From the sequence record CP053388.1: 64,000 bases of DNA, one strand, 5' to 3'. Of this stretch, positions 48,052-58,236 are shown one piece after another; position 1 is the first letter of the stretch; every line of letters starts with the position of its first letter. Position numbers and translations under genes: made by a program. The stretch is from Escherichia phage CMS-2020a. The notes below the pieces were generated by a model. The model was not told where the DNA came from. It did not search any database and saw nothing but the letters and a program-made list of their open reading frames with translations.

Positions 48052-48645
48052 CTAAGCAGCCTTCTTTGATGGTCTTTTTTTCCTGATCACATTCGCAGGA
48101 TCATACCCTCCCAGACTTTTCATGACGTCCAAAGGGATCTTGCTTATAGAGTGCCCAGCGTCCTGACAGAATCCTCGAAAAACAACGAGCATACTGCCAC
48201 CTGGGTTGATGTTTACTTCTACCTGACCCAGATTTACGTCAGGCTCGACAAACGCTACGCGGCCACCAGACAGAATAATCGTCTCATTCGCACACTCTGT
48301 TGCACGCTCATACCACTTTGTATCTAGGGATTGAGGAATTAGCATCACTGTTGTAACTCCACGAGCCTGCTCACGTATAGCCGCATCAATCCAGGGGGAG
48401 ATTTTGGAGTAGGGTGGATTGAGGAAGGCAATTGTACCTGGCTGTCCCCATTCAGATTTCAAAGCATCACGCTCAACGCCTATGAAATTAGGCAGCTTTG
48501 CATTGTCCTTGTTGCAGGCAACGTCAACATCAAATGTCACTCCAAGATAACGTTGAATGGCAGAAAACAGCCAGTCAGGTGTTCTCCAGAGGTCACGAAG
48601 AGAGTTGTCGCGCTTTCGCTGTTTGATTTTTTCGGCTGCAATCAT
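48052..48645 (-). CDS. dam: Phage-type DNA N6-adenine methyltransferase
   Basis: WRTPDWLF and FLNPPYS motifs in a 197-aa protein typical of small phage Dam-family enzymes; motif B at 48655-48677 upstream. Target sequence not determinable. Confidence 0.8.
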   Translation of the reverse strand: MIAAEKIKQRKRDNSLRDLWRTPDWLFSAIQRYLGVTFDVDVACNKDNAKLPNFIGVERDALKSEWGQPGTIAFLNPPYSKISPWIDAAIREQARGVTTVMLIPQSLDTKWYERATECANETIILSGGRVAFVEPDVNLGQVEVNINPGGSMLVVFRGFCQDAGHSISKIPLDVMKSLGGYDPANVIRKKRPSKKAA

Positions 48646-48708
48646 CTTCTTTCTCGATAGGTAAGTATATACCTATTTTTGCATTTGATTTTATGTCTGG
48701 CAATCAAA

Positions 48709-48757
48709 TAAAACGCGCCAGAAATGCAAACGAGAAGCTCTCTGGCGCGTTTTTGTG
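48709..48757. terminator. Hairpin terminator (bidirectional)
   Basis: aaacgcgccagaa...ctctggcgcgttttt. Confidence 0.5.
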
Positions 48758-48828
48758 GTGCTGGGTATGTGATTGGCTTACCCAGTACTATAAAGCTCTC
48801 TATGGGCTTTATTTTAAGTAGGGGAACG

Positions 48829-49638
48829 TCATCCAATAGTGTACTCCGCGACAAACTTCTTAACGATCGGTGATTCTTCGTTCAATGTTAGATTTCCACC
48901 GTCTCTAACGGCAATTCCTGTCGCTGGAAATACAGCCATCATTTGCCCAGCCTGAGTTGACGCAGTATTAAGCGGATACGGTTTTTCTGGATTGCTCATT
49001 AAAGCAATCTTAATACTATTACTTGTAGCCTTCTTTTCTGTGAGAAGGTGTCTCATGGAAATTACCGTGTAAACACTAATATCTGGACCTCCGCTAAACC
49101 AATTAAGAAGGTTTAATATCTTATCCTTTGCTTTGACAGGCGCGTTATCGTAAGCGTCTAAGAAAATATCTTTTTCTAAGCCCGCTTTATTGAAAAACGA
49201 ATCATCTTTATCACTTAAAGTAAAACGAGGACCTCTTGCAGTACGCGCTTTTTTATTTGTATTGCTATCATTTGACTGTTGAACTTTTAATTCATCATTA
49301 ACCTCAACACACTCTTCAACCTCAATAAATCCCAATTGTTCTGGCTCGTTTTCGGCAGCTTCAACACTTTCAGCGTTAATTACGTTTATAGGCTCATGCG
49401 CTAACTCCAACTCATTTAAAGCAGAGCTGAAATCACCTGCTTTTTCTTCATTGAACAGTTCTTCGGCAACATCATCAGAACTCATGGCTACGCCAGCATC
49501 TAGGCCGAGCAGCAGATCGTCAATATCATCAGTATTTTCAACCTGTGCAGCTTTTTTTACTGGTTCATCAAGTGATTGCAACATGGCTGTCAGCTCGTCC
49601 AGATCAGCATTTGTCATTACATTTTCAACCGAACTCAT
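48829..49638 (-). CDS. Acidic hypothetical protein
   Basis: 269 aa, very acidic N-terminal 120 aa. Confidence 0.5.
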   Translation of the reverse strand: MSSVENVMTNADLDELTAMLQSLDEPVKKAAQVENTDDIDDLLLGLDAGVAMSSDDVAEELFNEEKAGDFSSALNELELAHEPINVINAESVEAAENEPEQLGFIEVEECVEVNDELKVQQSNDSNTNKKARTARGPRFTLSDKDDSFFNKAGLEKDIFLDAYDNAPVKAKDKILNLLNWFSGGPDISVYTVISMRHLLTEKKATSNSIKIALMSNPEKPYPLNTASTQAGQMMAVFPATGIAVRDGGNLTLNEESPIVKKFVAEYTIG

Positions 49639-49796
49639 GTAAGTCTCCTTCTGTTTGGTTACATTTGCGTTTCGATGGCTGCATTTTGACTAAACCTATC
49701 AGGCGGAAAAGTATTAAATACAGGCAGGAAATGATTGAAAGGCGACTGTTCTTTAAAAAAAAGCCTACTTTAAACTTTTTAAAGTAGGCTTTTGTT

Positions 49797-50354
49797 TTAC
49801 ACAATTTCAGAGGGTAATTTAAAAAATCCGTACTTATTACGTGCCTTAAAGAAGCATTGCATCATTAAGTTTGTGTCATATAAGGCACTATGTGCTTTGG
49901 CATGATCGTATATAAAGCCAAGAGAGAAGGCCAACTCTTCAAGGCGGGGACGTTTACCGTCTTCTGTGGCCCACAATCCCGATAACATAGTATCTATAAC
50001 AGGAACTTCTGGCAGTCTTACTCCATACCCTGAAAACTCGTGTCGAATAAATGGTATATCAAATGCTTCGCCGTTATGAGCAACCCACACACTACATGCC
50101 CCCATATAAGCGCCAATTTCGCTGGCATGATTTGACAACAAAGGTTCAGCTGCGAGCTGTTCCAATGAAATGCCATGAACGGCTTGAGCTTTCGGATCTA
50201 TGTTTCTGCGAGGGTTAAAACGCATCTCCAGACTATCAATATGTCTCTGTGTCTCCAGTTCATAGCGGGTAATTGCGATTTCAATAATTTTATGACCAGC
50301 AAGGAAATCCAGTCCCGTAGACTCGATATCGATGCCTGCAACAATCGTTGTCAT
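49797..50354 (-). CDS. DnaQ-like 3'-5' exonuclease (DEDDh family)
   Basis: Exo I GIDIESTGL, Exo II HNGEAFDIPF, Exo III HSALYDTN. Confidence 0.85.
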   Translation of the reverse strand: MTTIVAGIDIESTGLDFLAGHKIIEIAITRYELETQRHIDSLEMRFNPRRNIDPKAQAVHGISLEQLAAEPLLSNHASEIGAYMGACSVWVAHNGEAFDIPFIRHEFSGYGVRLPEVPVIDTMLSGLWATEDGKRPRLEELAFSLGFIYDHAKAHSALYDTNLMMQCFFKARNKYGFFKLPSEIV

Positions 50355-50363
50355 CAGAACTCC

Positions 50364-50783
50364 TTACAACTTCTTAGCGCCCTTAAGTAGTGCGCTACGT
50401 ACAAATTGAGCCGCTTTTTTCAAAGTTTCTTCACTGGTTTCACAGACAATCGGATCTTTCCACTTACCTGACACAGTGTTGAGAATATTGATTTGGTTGC
50501 TATCCAGACAAACAGAGATATAAAGCACCGTGCCACCAGCCAGCATCAAATGCATAGGAAACAGAGGCTTTTTACTGCCTTCACTGAACTGAGACATGGC
50601 GATGTTAATGGCTTCACCCACTTGTGTACCAACAAGCCCCTGCGCAGTTTCGAATATGGCACGAATAGCCAGACGAGCCTCTCGATCGCTCATAAGCGAC
50701 CGGGAATGTTCGTCCGCTACACGAATCAAAGCCTCTGTTGTTTTCCGATCCAGTTCATCTTCAAGCAACATTTCACTAAACAT
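50364..50783 (-). CDS. Hypothetical protein
   Basis: 139 aa ORF. Confidence 0.45.
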   Translation of the reverse strand: MFSEMLLEDELDRKTTEALIRVADEHSRSLMSDREARLAIRAIFETAQGLVGTQVGEAINIAMSQFSEGSKKPLFPMHLMLAGGTVLYISVCLDSNQINILNTVSGKWKDPIVCETSEETLKKAAQFVRSALLKGAKKL

Positions 50784-50844
50784 TTTTTATCCTTAACCCA
50801 TTTTGAGAGTTTTATTGTCGCAATGTCGAAGAGGCGAACAATTT

Positions 50845-51489
50845 CTAATGAACGGTCACTCGGCCACAGAACCGGTTTTCTATCTTTTCTACAGCGTTAT
50901 CTAGCATTCTCATCACTGATCTGGCTCTTGCTTCAACCGTGCGATATCGGTTGGAAACGACGAAGGTTTGCAGATCTCCCCTTTGCGGATGCAGGTGAAT
51001 TTTTGTCAGTTCCCCGCACATCAACGCATCAATACGAGCGACATACAGACGGTCTAATGATGCTCGTTGTGATCGCAAGTAATCTCGCTCTGAGAGAGCG
51101 ACTCCCGGGCGTAAGCCAGCAATGGCGTTAAAGTTTGAAATAGCAGTTTTGTGGCAAAACTTTTCGATATCGAGGGCTAACTCAATACACCGATCTTCAT
51201 TTGTATGGCCGACCAAATCCAACGTGTAGGCCATAACATCAGCAGGTGTGCGATCGATAACAAAGCCTTCAACACCACGCGTAAGTAGCTCTATATGCTT
51301 TGCTATTTCCATTTGAATCTGAAGCCGCTCATATAGAGGCATAGAATCACCTACTCGAACACCGAGGCGGCTCATCAAACTTCCGACACCAGCATCCACG
51401 TAAGGGATTCCGTAATGTTTGTCGATATATTTAGCCAGGGTTGTTTTCCCACTGCCCTGAGCACCAGTGATCCCAATCCGGTAATCCAT
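50845..51489 (-). CDS. P-loop nucleotide kinase, putative dNMP kinase
   Basis: Walker A GAQGSGKTT at the N-terminus; placed in the nucleotide-metabolism cluster; substrate inferred. Confidence 0.55.
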   Translation of the reverse strand: MDYRIGITGAQGSGKTTLAKYIDKHYGIPYVDAGVGSLMSRLGVRVGDSMPLYERLQIQMEIAKHIELLTRGVEGFVIDRTPADVMAYTLDLVGHTNEDRCIELALDIEKFCHKTAISNFNAIAGLRPGVALSERDYLRSQRASLDRLYVARIDALMCGELTKIHLHPQRGDLQTFVVSNRYRTVEARARSVMRMLDNAVEKIENRFCGRVTVH

Positions 51490-51965
51490 TACGACCTTCT
51501 GTATACGATCTGCGAAAAGCCAGGCTCTTCCTCGCTGGCTCGTTGGGTATAAGCTGTTTCAACAGGCACAAAGCCTAAATTACGCATCATGCTTGCCGGG
51601 AAGAATGCATCGGCGTTTGGCACATCAACGCCGATGTGGGAGAGCCAAATCTCTTCAACATGCGGCATGAATAGCGAGTAAATTTGTTCCCCGCCAATCA
51701 CCCACACAGGCTCTGGTAATCGCAACACATCATCCACACCAGCAGGGTAGAATCCATTTGGTACAAAGCCATGAGAGCGCGTCAAAACGAGGTTATGACG
51801 CTCTGGAAGAGGGCGTTTGAGACTTTCCATCGTTTTACGCCCCATAACGACAGTGGCGTTTTTGGTGAGTCTCTTAAATAGCTTCAGATCGGTAGAACAA
51901 CGCCAGGGCAGTTCGTTCGCTATGCCGATCTCATAGTTACGGCCAACAGCAGCTATCATCTTCAT
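51489..51965 (-). CDS. folA: Dihydrofolate reductase
   Basis: MIAAVGRNYEIG...LPW, VVMGRKTMESL, VWVIGGEQIY motifs; 158 aa. Confidence 0.9.
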   Translation of the reverse strand: MKMIAAVGRNYEIGIANELPWRCSTDLKLFKRLTKNATVVMGRKTMESLKRPLPERHNLVLTRSHGFVPNGFYPAGVDDVLRLPEPVWVIGGEQIYSLFMPHVEEIWLSHIGVDVPNADAFFPASMMRNLGFVPVETAYTQRASEEEPGFSQIVYRRS

Positions 51966-52375
51966 TTGCTCACCTCATAGATGACCGGTCTATGATGAGA
52001 GTCAGCTAAAGCGGCACGGAGTCGAGGATCGTGCACCAGCGCAGCGATAAGCAGATCGCCTTTATGCTCCGCTAATGTGCGCTTAATATGCTTCTCATAA
52101 CTGGTGCCATTCGGTACTAGATGAAGCCAGTCATAATCAACACCAAAATCTTTCAGCCATCGTTTAGTGGGCGCTTCAAGAGTTTCAGAGCGGCTACTGA
52201 TAAGCACCACTTCAGCCCCTGAGCGAGCAAAACCACGCAACATACGGCTGGTGGGGAAAATGAGTTCATCACCGGCAATGAATTGGCCTGCATCCGAGTC
52301 AGATACAGATTTACGATGGCTGGTATTTGCCAGCACACCTTCAATTTCGCATAAGACATACATACCTCTTGCCAT
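51962..52375 (-). CDS. Hypothetical protein (start adjusted to MARGMYVL)
   Basis: Internal ATG at 52375 lies just after the thymidylate synthase stop; the track ORF to 52471 would overlap by about 95 nt. Confidence 0.4.
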   Translation of the reverse strand: MARGMYVLCEIEGVLANTSHRKSVSDSDAGQFIAGDELIFPTSRMLRGFARSGAEVVLISSRSETLEAPTKRWLKDFGVDYDWLHLVPNGTSYEKHIKRTLAEHKGDLLIAALVHDPRLRAALADSHHRPVIYEVSK

Positions 52376-52376
52376 A

Positions 52377-53480
52377 TCACACCGCCACTGGAACCTTGAT
52401 CCACGGTAGAGGGGCATAGCCAAGAATAAGAATCTCGTCCCATTTGAAATCATCCAGCTCAGACCATTCATTAGGGAATATAACGACCGGATCTGAATGC
52501 TCTGGAGCCTGTCGTTGCATTAGCTCACACACACCTTCCATGTGGTTGTTGTACAAATGCACGTCAAAGCCAAAATGCACAAATGCACCGGCCATGTGAC
52601 CCGTAATCTTCGCGAGAAAATGAGTGAGAATGCCATAGCCAGCAATATTGAATGGCATACCAACAAAAGTGTCTACGCTACGCTGTACGAGGCAGGAGTT
52701 GAGGATGCGTTTGGGGATTCCAAGTGCATCCAGTTCAGTTTCAGTAACACTGCCGTCCATCTCCAGATCGTATAGCATCTTGGTGTAGATAGACTCATAA
52801 CCGAGGCGACTGTGTTGAAGACCAATGTCAGTTGCCATCGTTAAACGGGTTTCAAAATCCAGTTCACGACTCCACAAAGAGAAGACAAAGTGGCAAGGTG
52901 GCAGTTTCATATCCTCAAGCTCGCCTACGTTCCATGCGTTAAGCATGATGCGACGATCGGTAGGGTTCGTGCGCAGTGTATCGACAATACGCTGTAGCTG
53001 ATCGATTTCACGGGACAGCACTACGCGATCTTCACTGATACCCAGGTATCCCTCGACTTTGTACCCGCGTTCACGGAAAGTAGCGATCTTGCTCAGATAT
53101 TCACTATGGCTCACGATGCGGGTATCTTCCCATCGACGCCACTGCTTACCGTAAACCGGCCCCAAATCGCCATTCTCATCGGCCCATGCATCCCAAATCT
53201 TAACGCCGTTATCCTTGAGAAATTGGATGTTGCCCGTGCCTTTCAGATACCACTCAAGTTCGACAAGCAGTGGCTTAAGATTTACCGCCTTTCCAGAAAT
53301 AAGCGGCACAGTCCCACCAGTAAGCATGTAGTAAGAGGGAACGTAGCAGGTGCTTAAAGTACCAGTGCCTGTGCGATCATCAGCCTGCACGCCGCTTTTA
53401 AGCACCGTCTCAATAACTTTTGCATACGATGCGTTTGTTACCTGACCGTTCGTATGCTCACGATTCAAAAGGAGTGACAC
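52377..53480 (-). CDS. thyA: Thymidylate synthase with two insertions relative to E. coli ThyA (start adjusted to GTG at 53480)
   Basis: DRTGTGTLS, DLGPVYGKQWR, catalytic LPPCH, PFNIAGYGILTHFLA; SD GAGG before GTG 53480; motif B at 53493-53512 lies upstream of this start. Confidence 0.85.
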   Translation of the reverse strand: MSLLLNREHTNGQVTNASYAKVIETVLKSGVQADDRTGTGTLSTCYVPSYYMLTGGTVPLISGKAVNLKPLLVELEWYLKGTGNIQFLKDNGVKIWDAWADENGDLGPVYGKQWRRWEDTRIVSHSEYLSKIATFRERGYKVEGYLGISEDRVVLSREIDQLQRIVDTLRTNPTDRRIMLNAWNVGELEDMKLPPCHFVFSLWSRELDFETRLTMATDIGLQHSRLGYESIYTKMLYDLEMDGSVTETELDALGIPKRILNSCLVQRSVDTFVGMPFNIAGYGILTHFLAKITGHMAGAFVHFGFDVHLYNNHMEGVCELMQRQAPEHSDPVVIFPNEWSELDDFKWDEILILGYAPLPWIKVPVAV

Positions 53481-53651
53481 AAAAACCTCACAAAGATAAG
53501 TAACCACTTATTCATTGCGTGAGTTTACATTTATTGAGAGAACAAGACCAGACAGATAAAAAAATGGTGGCCATAGGCCACCAAAAACGAATAGTTGTTT
53601 CAGAAATTTAACGCGCCAGCGCAATATACACAGATAGATAACTACCTACAA

Positions 53652-54521
53652 TTATTTTTTGATCATTCCGTACATTGCTGAGGCTTTAGCTTGCTCAACA
53701 AAGGAGGATAAATCGACATCACTATAGGTTGGAGACTTCAGAATCTTTCCATCGGAAATTCGAAAACCGATCATCTTATCGGTGCCATCAGCATGGCGAA
53801 ATCCCAGGTCAGAAGAGTCGTATTTGCAGTTGGCCACAGCATGGCGACGCTCTTCGGCATCTGCAGGCCATAATTTTGTCATGTTGGACCGATGAATTTC
53901 GCCAACCAGCTCGACGACATTGATACCGAGAAAATCAGCCAGTCGATAAGTCATCATGCACGCCACATAGATTTTGTTCATTACACGGCGCAGTTCCTGA
54001 ATCAGCTCAGAATCCTTAACAGTCTTCTTCTCAAGTTTATCTGCCAGCTCTTCGAGCATACATGACGCCTCACGAGCTTCCTGAAATGGCATTGCCATAT
54101 CATCGAAAACAGTGTTACCAGGCACAAAAATTGTCTGCATAAAGCGATCAATGCTCTGTTCCTGCGTGTAATAAGTCATGCCGGTAGAAATACCACCTTT
54201 GATGGCGACCATCGTACCAACACCAACGTATAAAAAGTCGGCCATTGCATCCAGCAGTTGCTCAATATCCCCATTCATTGCGGCTGGAATACCTTCCACT
54301 ACAGCTTCTTCATGAATCAGGCTTGCACGGAGACGAAGCAGCTCTGGTGTCGGCATAACGCGTCTCGGATGCTGGAAGAGTTCATGAAACTGATCGACCA
54401 TCTTGTAAATACTTTCAGTGGCTACACCATGGCCTTCATGCAACTCATATGGTTCTGGCTTAAATCCAATGAGTCGATCGGTGGCAAGTTTCAGGTGGTC
54501 AGTCAGTTTGGTAAAGTTCAT
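53652..54521 (-). CDS. MazG-like nucleoside triphosphate pyrophosphohydrolase (tentative)
   Basis: 289 aa with EExxE...ExxD-like segments (LIHEEAVVE...DIEQLLDAMADFLYV), apparently duplicated; weak. Confidence 0.4.
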   Translation of the reverse strand: MNFTKLTDHLKLATDRLIGFKPEPYELHEGHGVATESIYKMVDQFHELFQHPRRVMPTPELLRLRASLIHEEAVVEGIPAAMNGDIEQLLDAMADFLYVGVGTMVAIKGGISTGMTYYTQEQSIDRFMQTIFVPGNTVFDDMAMPFQEAREASCMLEELADKLEKKTVKDSELIQELRRVMNKIYVACMMTYRLADFLGINVVELVGEIHRSNMTKLWPADAEERRHAVANCKYDSSDLGFRHADGTDKMIGFRISDGKILKSPTYSDVDLSSFVEQAKASAMYGMIKK

Positions 54522-54598
54522 GCTAGTTTTGCTCCTTCTTAATTCTTGTGATCCATTGTGGCCCAGCGTTGCCAGGCCACATAATGCTTTGTATCGGT

Positions 54599-55741
54599 TT
54601 ACAGGTCTGCAAACTGGCTTAGAGAAGCCTTATCCACGGTAGAATCGATCTGACCTACCAGATATGTGCTTTGCTCTGCCTCTTGTGGCGCAATTTGCAG
54701 TGTGTCGGTTAACAACCACTTGTTCATCCAGACCAGCGGATCAGTGGTAACTTCTGGAAATAAAGCCTTCAGGCCAAGACGATTCATAGCCAGATTGGTG
54801 CGGTATTTTACATAGGTTTTGAGAATATCCGCGTTTAAACCAATCATCGAACCGTCTTTGAAGAGATAGTCTGCCCAGTTCATTTCTTGTTCGGCGACTG
54901 ATTTCATGGTGTCGTAAATGACGTTTTCTTCATCAGCAGCAATCTCTTTCCACAATAAACCTTCGCGACCGGTACGCATGAAGCGGATCATGCGTTCAGT
55001 TCCTTCGCAATGCAGAGCTTCATCACGGGCAATAAAGCGCATAATTTTGGTGTTACCCTCAAGCAACTTCCGTTCACCAAAGGCAAACGTACATGCAAAA
55101 CTTACGTAGAAACGGATCGCCTCAAGCGCATTAATGGACACCAACGTGCGGAAAAGCTGACGATGCAAAGGGTATGGCTCCCAGCCATATTCATTTACGT
55201 ACAGACGCTCAAATTCCTTCTCACCTAACGACTGGCGCTCGCAGGTCATCCCATAAAGCCTGTCATATTCAGCAGAGATACTGATCGCTCGGTTGATGAT
55301 TTCTTCATCCGTAACAATACCGTCAAAAACAATGCTCGGATCGTCCACCATGCCACGAATAATGTGGGTGTAGCTGCGGCTATGGATAGTCTCAGAGAAA
55401 GACCACGTTTCAACCCACGTTTCCAGTTCAGGAATAGAGATAAGCGGCAACAGCGTTGCATTTGGACTACGTCCCTGAACTGAATCGAGTAACGTTTGAT
55501 AACGGAGATTGCTCAGAAAAATGTGACGTTCGTGGTCCCGCAGCTTCGTGTTGAAGTCGATACGATCGCTCGAAATATCAACTTCTTCCGGCCGCCAGAA
55601 GAAAGACAATTGACGTTCAATCAACTTTTCAAAATCACGGTATTTTTGCTGATCGTAACGTGCCACGTTGACAGATTGTCCGAGGAACATAGGCTCTTTG
55701 GTTGCATCATTAGCACCCAAACGGAACGTTGAATATGACAT
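54599..55741 (-). CDS. nrdB: Ribonucleotide reductase class Ia beta subunit
   Basis: Collinear with E. coli NrdB ([35 protein letters not shown]-terminal SQF.DL); motif A at 55773-55787. Confidence 0.95.
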   Translation of the reverse strand: MSYSTFRLGANDATKEPMFLGQSVNVARYDQQKYRDFEKLIERQLSFFWRPEEVDISSDRIDFNTKLRDHERHIFLSNLRYQTLLDSVQGRSPNATLLPLISIPELETWVETWSFSETIHSRSYTHIIRGMVDDPSIVFDGIVTDEEIINRAISISAEYDRLYGMTCERQSLGEKEFERLYVNEYGWEPYPLHRQLFRTLVSINALEAIRFYVSFACTFAFGERKLLEGNTKIMRFIARDEALHCEGTERMIRFMRTGREGLLWKEIAADEENVIYDTMKSVAEQEMNWADYLFKDGSMIGLNADILKTYVKYRTNLAMNRLGLKALFPEVTTDPLVWMNKWLLTDTLQIAPQEAEQSTYLVGQIDSTVDKASLSQFADL

Positions 55742-55847
55742 GTGTTTTTCCTTTTTCTTTTTTGGTGTGTTTAAACAAGTTGTTATCTTATGTGTTTAAA
55801 CAAGGCTTACAAATCAAAGAGAAGGTGGGGATATCCCCCACCATATG

Positions 55848-58163
55848 TCAGATTTTGCAGGCTCCGTCGCACTCATCTTCTGGCTCGACGGCTACAGCTT
55901 GCGCCAGTGGATTCTGCGGTTCGTCGTCATCACGCTTTCCTGCACCATCTCTGGTGTTGTGGTAGTAAAGCGTTTTAACTCCCATCTTGTAGGCGAGAAG
56001 CAAATCTGACAGTAGCGTCATCATTGGGACTTTATCGCCTTCAAAGCGAGAAGGGTCATAGTTGGTATTGGCTGAAATAGCCTGGTCAAAGAACTTCTGG
56101 ATGATCGCCACCTTTGTCAGATAGCCGCGGTTGTCCGGCATATCCCACAGGTATTCATACTGTTCCTTCAGTTTTTCAAACTCAGGCACGACCATCTTAA
56201 CGATGCCGTCCTTAGAAGATTTCACCGACACCGGGCCACGAGGCGGTTCGATGCCGTTGGTGGAATTAGTGATCTGGCTGGAAGTCTCGCATGGCATTTG
56301 TGCCGTCAGTGTGGAGTTGCGAAGGCCGTATTTTGCAATACGTTCACGCAGTTCTTCCCACGGCATCTTTAACTCAAAGTTGGTTTCGCCACTTTCGTCT
56401 AATGAAGAACGGTAATGGTCGATCGGCAACTGACCAATTGCGTATTTGGTCTGCTCAAACCAGTCACACTCACCTTTTGCTTCAGCAAGTCGGCAGCTGG
56501 CATCAAGAAGGTAATACTGGATAGCTTCGAATGTTTCATGCACCAGTTTATTGCCAGCGGTATCAGAATAACGAACGCCATTCTTTGCCAGGTAATAAGC
56601 AAAGTTGGTTACACCAATTCCCAAGCTACGACGAGCTTTGGCAGGCACTTCGGCTGCCTCCATCGGATAGTCTTGATAATCCAGTAACGAATCCAGTGCA
56701 GCAACGGCATAGAACGCCACCTCTTTAAGAGACTCCAGTGAACGGATGGCTCCGAGGTTAAAAGCGGATAAAGTGCATAGCGCGATCTCACCGTTCGGGT
56801 CGTCGGTAAATGCCAGTGGACGGGTGGGTAGGGTGATCTCCATACACAGGTTTGACTGGCGGACAGGTGCAAGAGCAGGAATGAAAGCGCCATGCTCATT
56901 AATATGATCGACGTTCGCAATATACATTCGGCCCGTGGACGCTCGTTCCTGCATCAGAGATGAGAACAGCTCAATGGCAGGTACTGACTTCTTGCGAATT
57001 GAATCATCGGCTTCGTATTTATGGTACAGCTTTTCAAACAGCTCCTGGTCTGTGAAGAAGGCTTCGTACATATCAGGCACATCATGCGGGCTGAACAGAG
57101 TGATGTTCTCGCTTCTGACGAGTCGACGGTACATTAGACGGTTACTCATGACGCCGTAATCAAGATGGCGAACGCGGTTTTCATCAATACCACGGTTATT
57201 TTTCACCACCAGCAGACTTTCAACTTCAAGATGCCAGATCGGGTAAAACGCTGTTGCTGCGCCACCACGAACACCACCTTGCGAACAAGATTTAACAGCC
57301 GTCTGGAAATGCTTCAGGAATGGAATAACTCCGGTATGGGTGGCTTCACCATTGCGGATCTCGCTGCCCAGCGCACGGATACGGCCAAAACCAATACCAA
57401 TTCCAGCACGACGTGAAACGTAGTCGATAATTGCGGCTGAAGCTGCACTAATCCCTTTCAGACTATCGCCAGACTCAATCAGCACACAACTGGAGAACTG
57501 ACGGGTTGGAGTACGGACGCCGGCCATGATTGGTGTGGGCAGAGACAGTTTGAACGTACTTGTAACGTCATAGAAACCTTTGACCATCTCCATACGTGTT
57601 TTGCCAGCGCAGTCGTCTTCCCAATTCTGGAACAGACACATGCCTACCAGCATATAGATATGTTGCGGCCCCTCATGAATCTCACCAGTAACACGGTTTT
57701 GAACGAGGTATTTGCTTTGCAACTGCACCGTAGCTGCATAGCCAAAAAGATCGTCACGTTTAGGCTTAATGTAATTGCCGAGTTCTTCGATCTCTTCAAA
57801 CGAATAATGTGTCAGCAAATCCTTGTCATAAACGCCCTTGTTAACGTTCTTGACAATGTGTTGGTAGAAGTTCGGATAGTCGTAACGACCGAAGGCATCT
57901 TTGCGGATTTTAAAAATGTTCAGGCGGGCAGCCACCTGTGAGTAATTTGGTGCTTCTGGTGAGATCAAATCAGCGGCAGATTTAACCAAAGCCTCATGTA
58001 ACTGGCTGGTGGTCATCCCATCAAAAATGCTGGCCGCAGCTCCCATTGCTACAGCGGATGCGCTTACACCACGAATGCCTTCTACGCCATACATTACGAC
58101 GCGGTTATATTTTTCTTCGGATAACGGCTCTGTTTGGCCGTTACGTTTTACGATGCTTATCAT
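55848..58163 (-). CDS. nrdA: Ribonucleotide reductase class Ia alpha subunit
   Basis: 771 aa collinear with E. coli NrdA (QFSSCVLIE, SQGGVRGGAAT, NLCMEI, C-terminal CDGACKI); motif B at 58208-58233. Confidence 0.95.
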   Translation of the reverse strand: MISIVKRNGQTEPLSEEKYNRVVMYGVEGIRGVSASAVAMGAAASIFDGMTTSQLHEALVKSAADLISPEAPNYSQVAARLNIFKIRKDAFGRYDYPNFYQHIVKNVNKGVYDKDLLTHYSFEEIEELGNYIKPKRDDLFGYAATVQLQSKYLVQNRVTGEIHEGPQHIYMLVGMCLFQNWEDDCAGKTRMEMVKGFYDVTSTFKLSLPTPIMAGVRTPTRQFSSCVLIESGDSLKGISAASAAIIDYVSRRAGIGIGFGRIRALGSEIRNGEATHTGVIPFLKHFQTAVKSCSQGGVRGGAATAFYPIWHLEVESLLVVKNNRGIDENRVRHLDYGVMSNRLMYRRLVRSENITLFSPHDVPDMYEAFFTDQELFEKLYHKYEADDSIRKKSVPAIELFSSLMQERASTGRMYIANVDHINEHGAFIPALAPVRQSNLCMEITLPTRPLAFTDDPNGEIALCTLSAFNLGAIRSLESLKEVAFYAVAALDSLLDYQDYPMEAAEVPAKARRSLGIGVTNFAYYLAKNGVRYSDTAGNKLVHETFEAIQYYLLDASCRLAEAKGECDWFEQTKYAIGQLPIDHYRSSLDESGETNFELKMPWEELRERIAKYGLRNSTLTAQMPCETSSQITNSTNGIEPPRGPVSVKSSKDGIVKMVVPEFEKLKEQYEYLWDMPDNRGYLTKVAIIQKFFDQAISANTNYDPSRFEGDKVPMMTLLSDLLLAYKMGVKTLYYHNTRDGAGKRDDDEPQNPLAQAVAVEPEDECDGACKI

Positions 58164-58236
58164 GTATCACCAAATAAAGAGGGCCACTAAATATAGTGGC
58201 CCATGTTAATAGATAAGTACTTACCTATCAATGAAA

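Noticed and set aside
48642-48854. 70-aa ORF between the Dam gene and the acidic-protein gene
   Set aside because: Spans a motif B site and a terminator hairpin in an intergenic region; no RBS.
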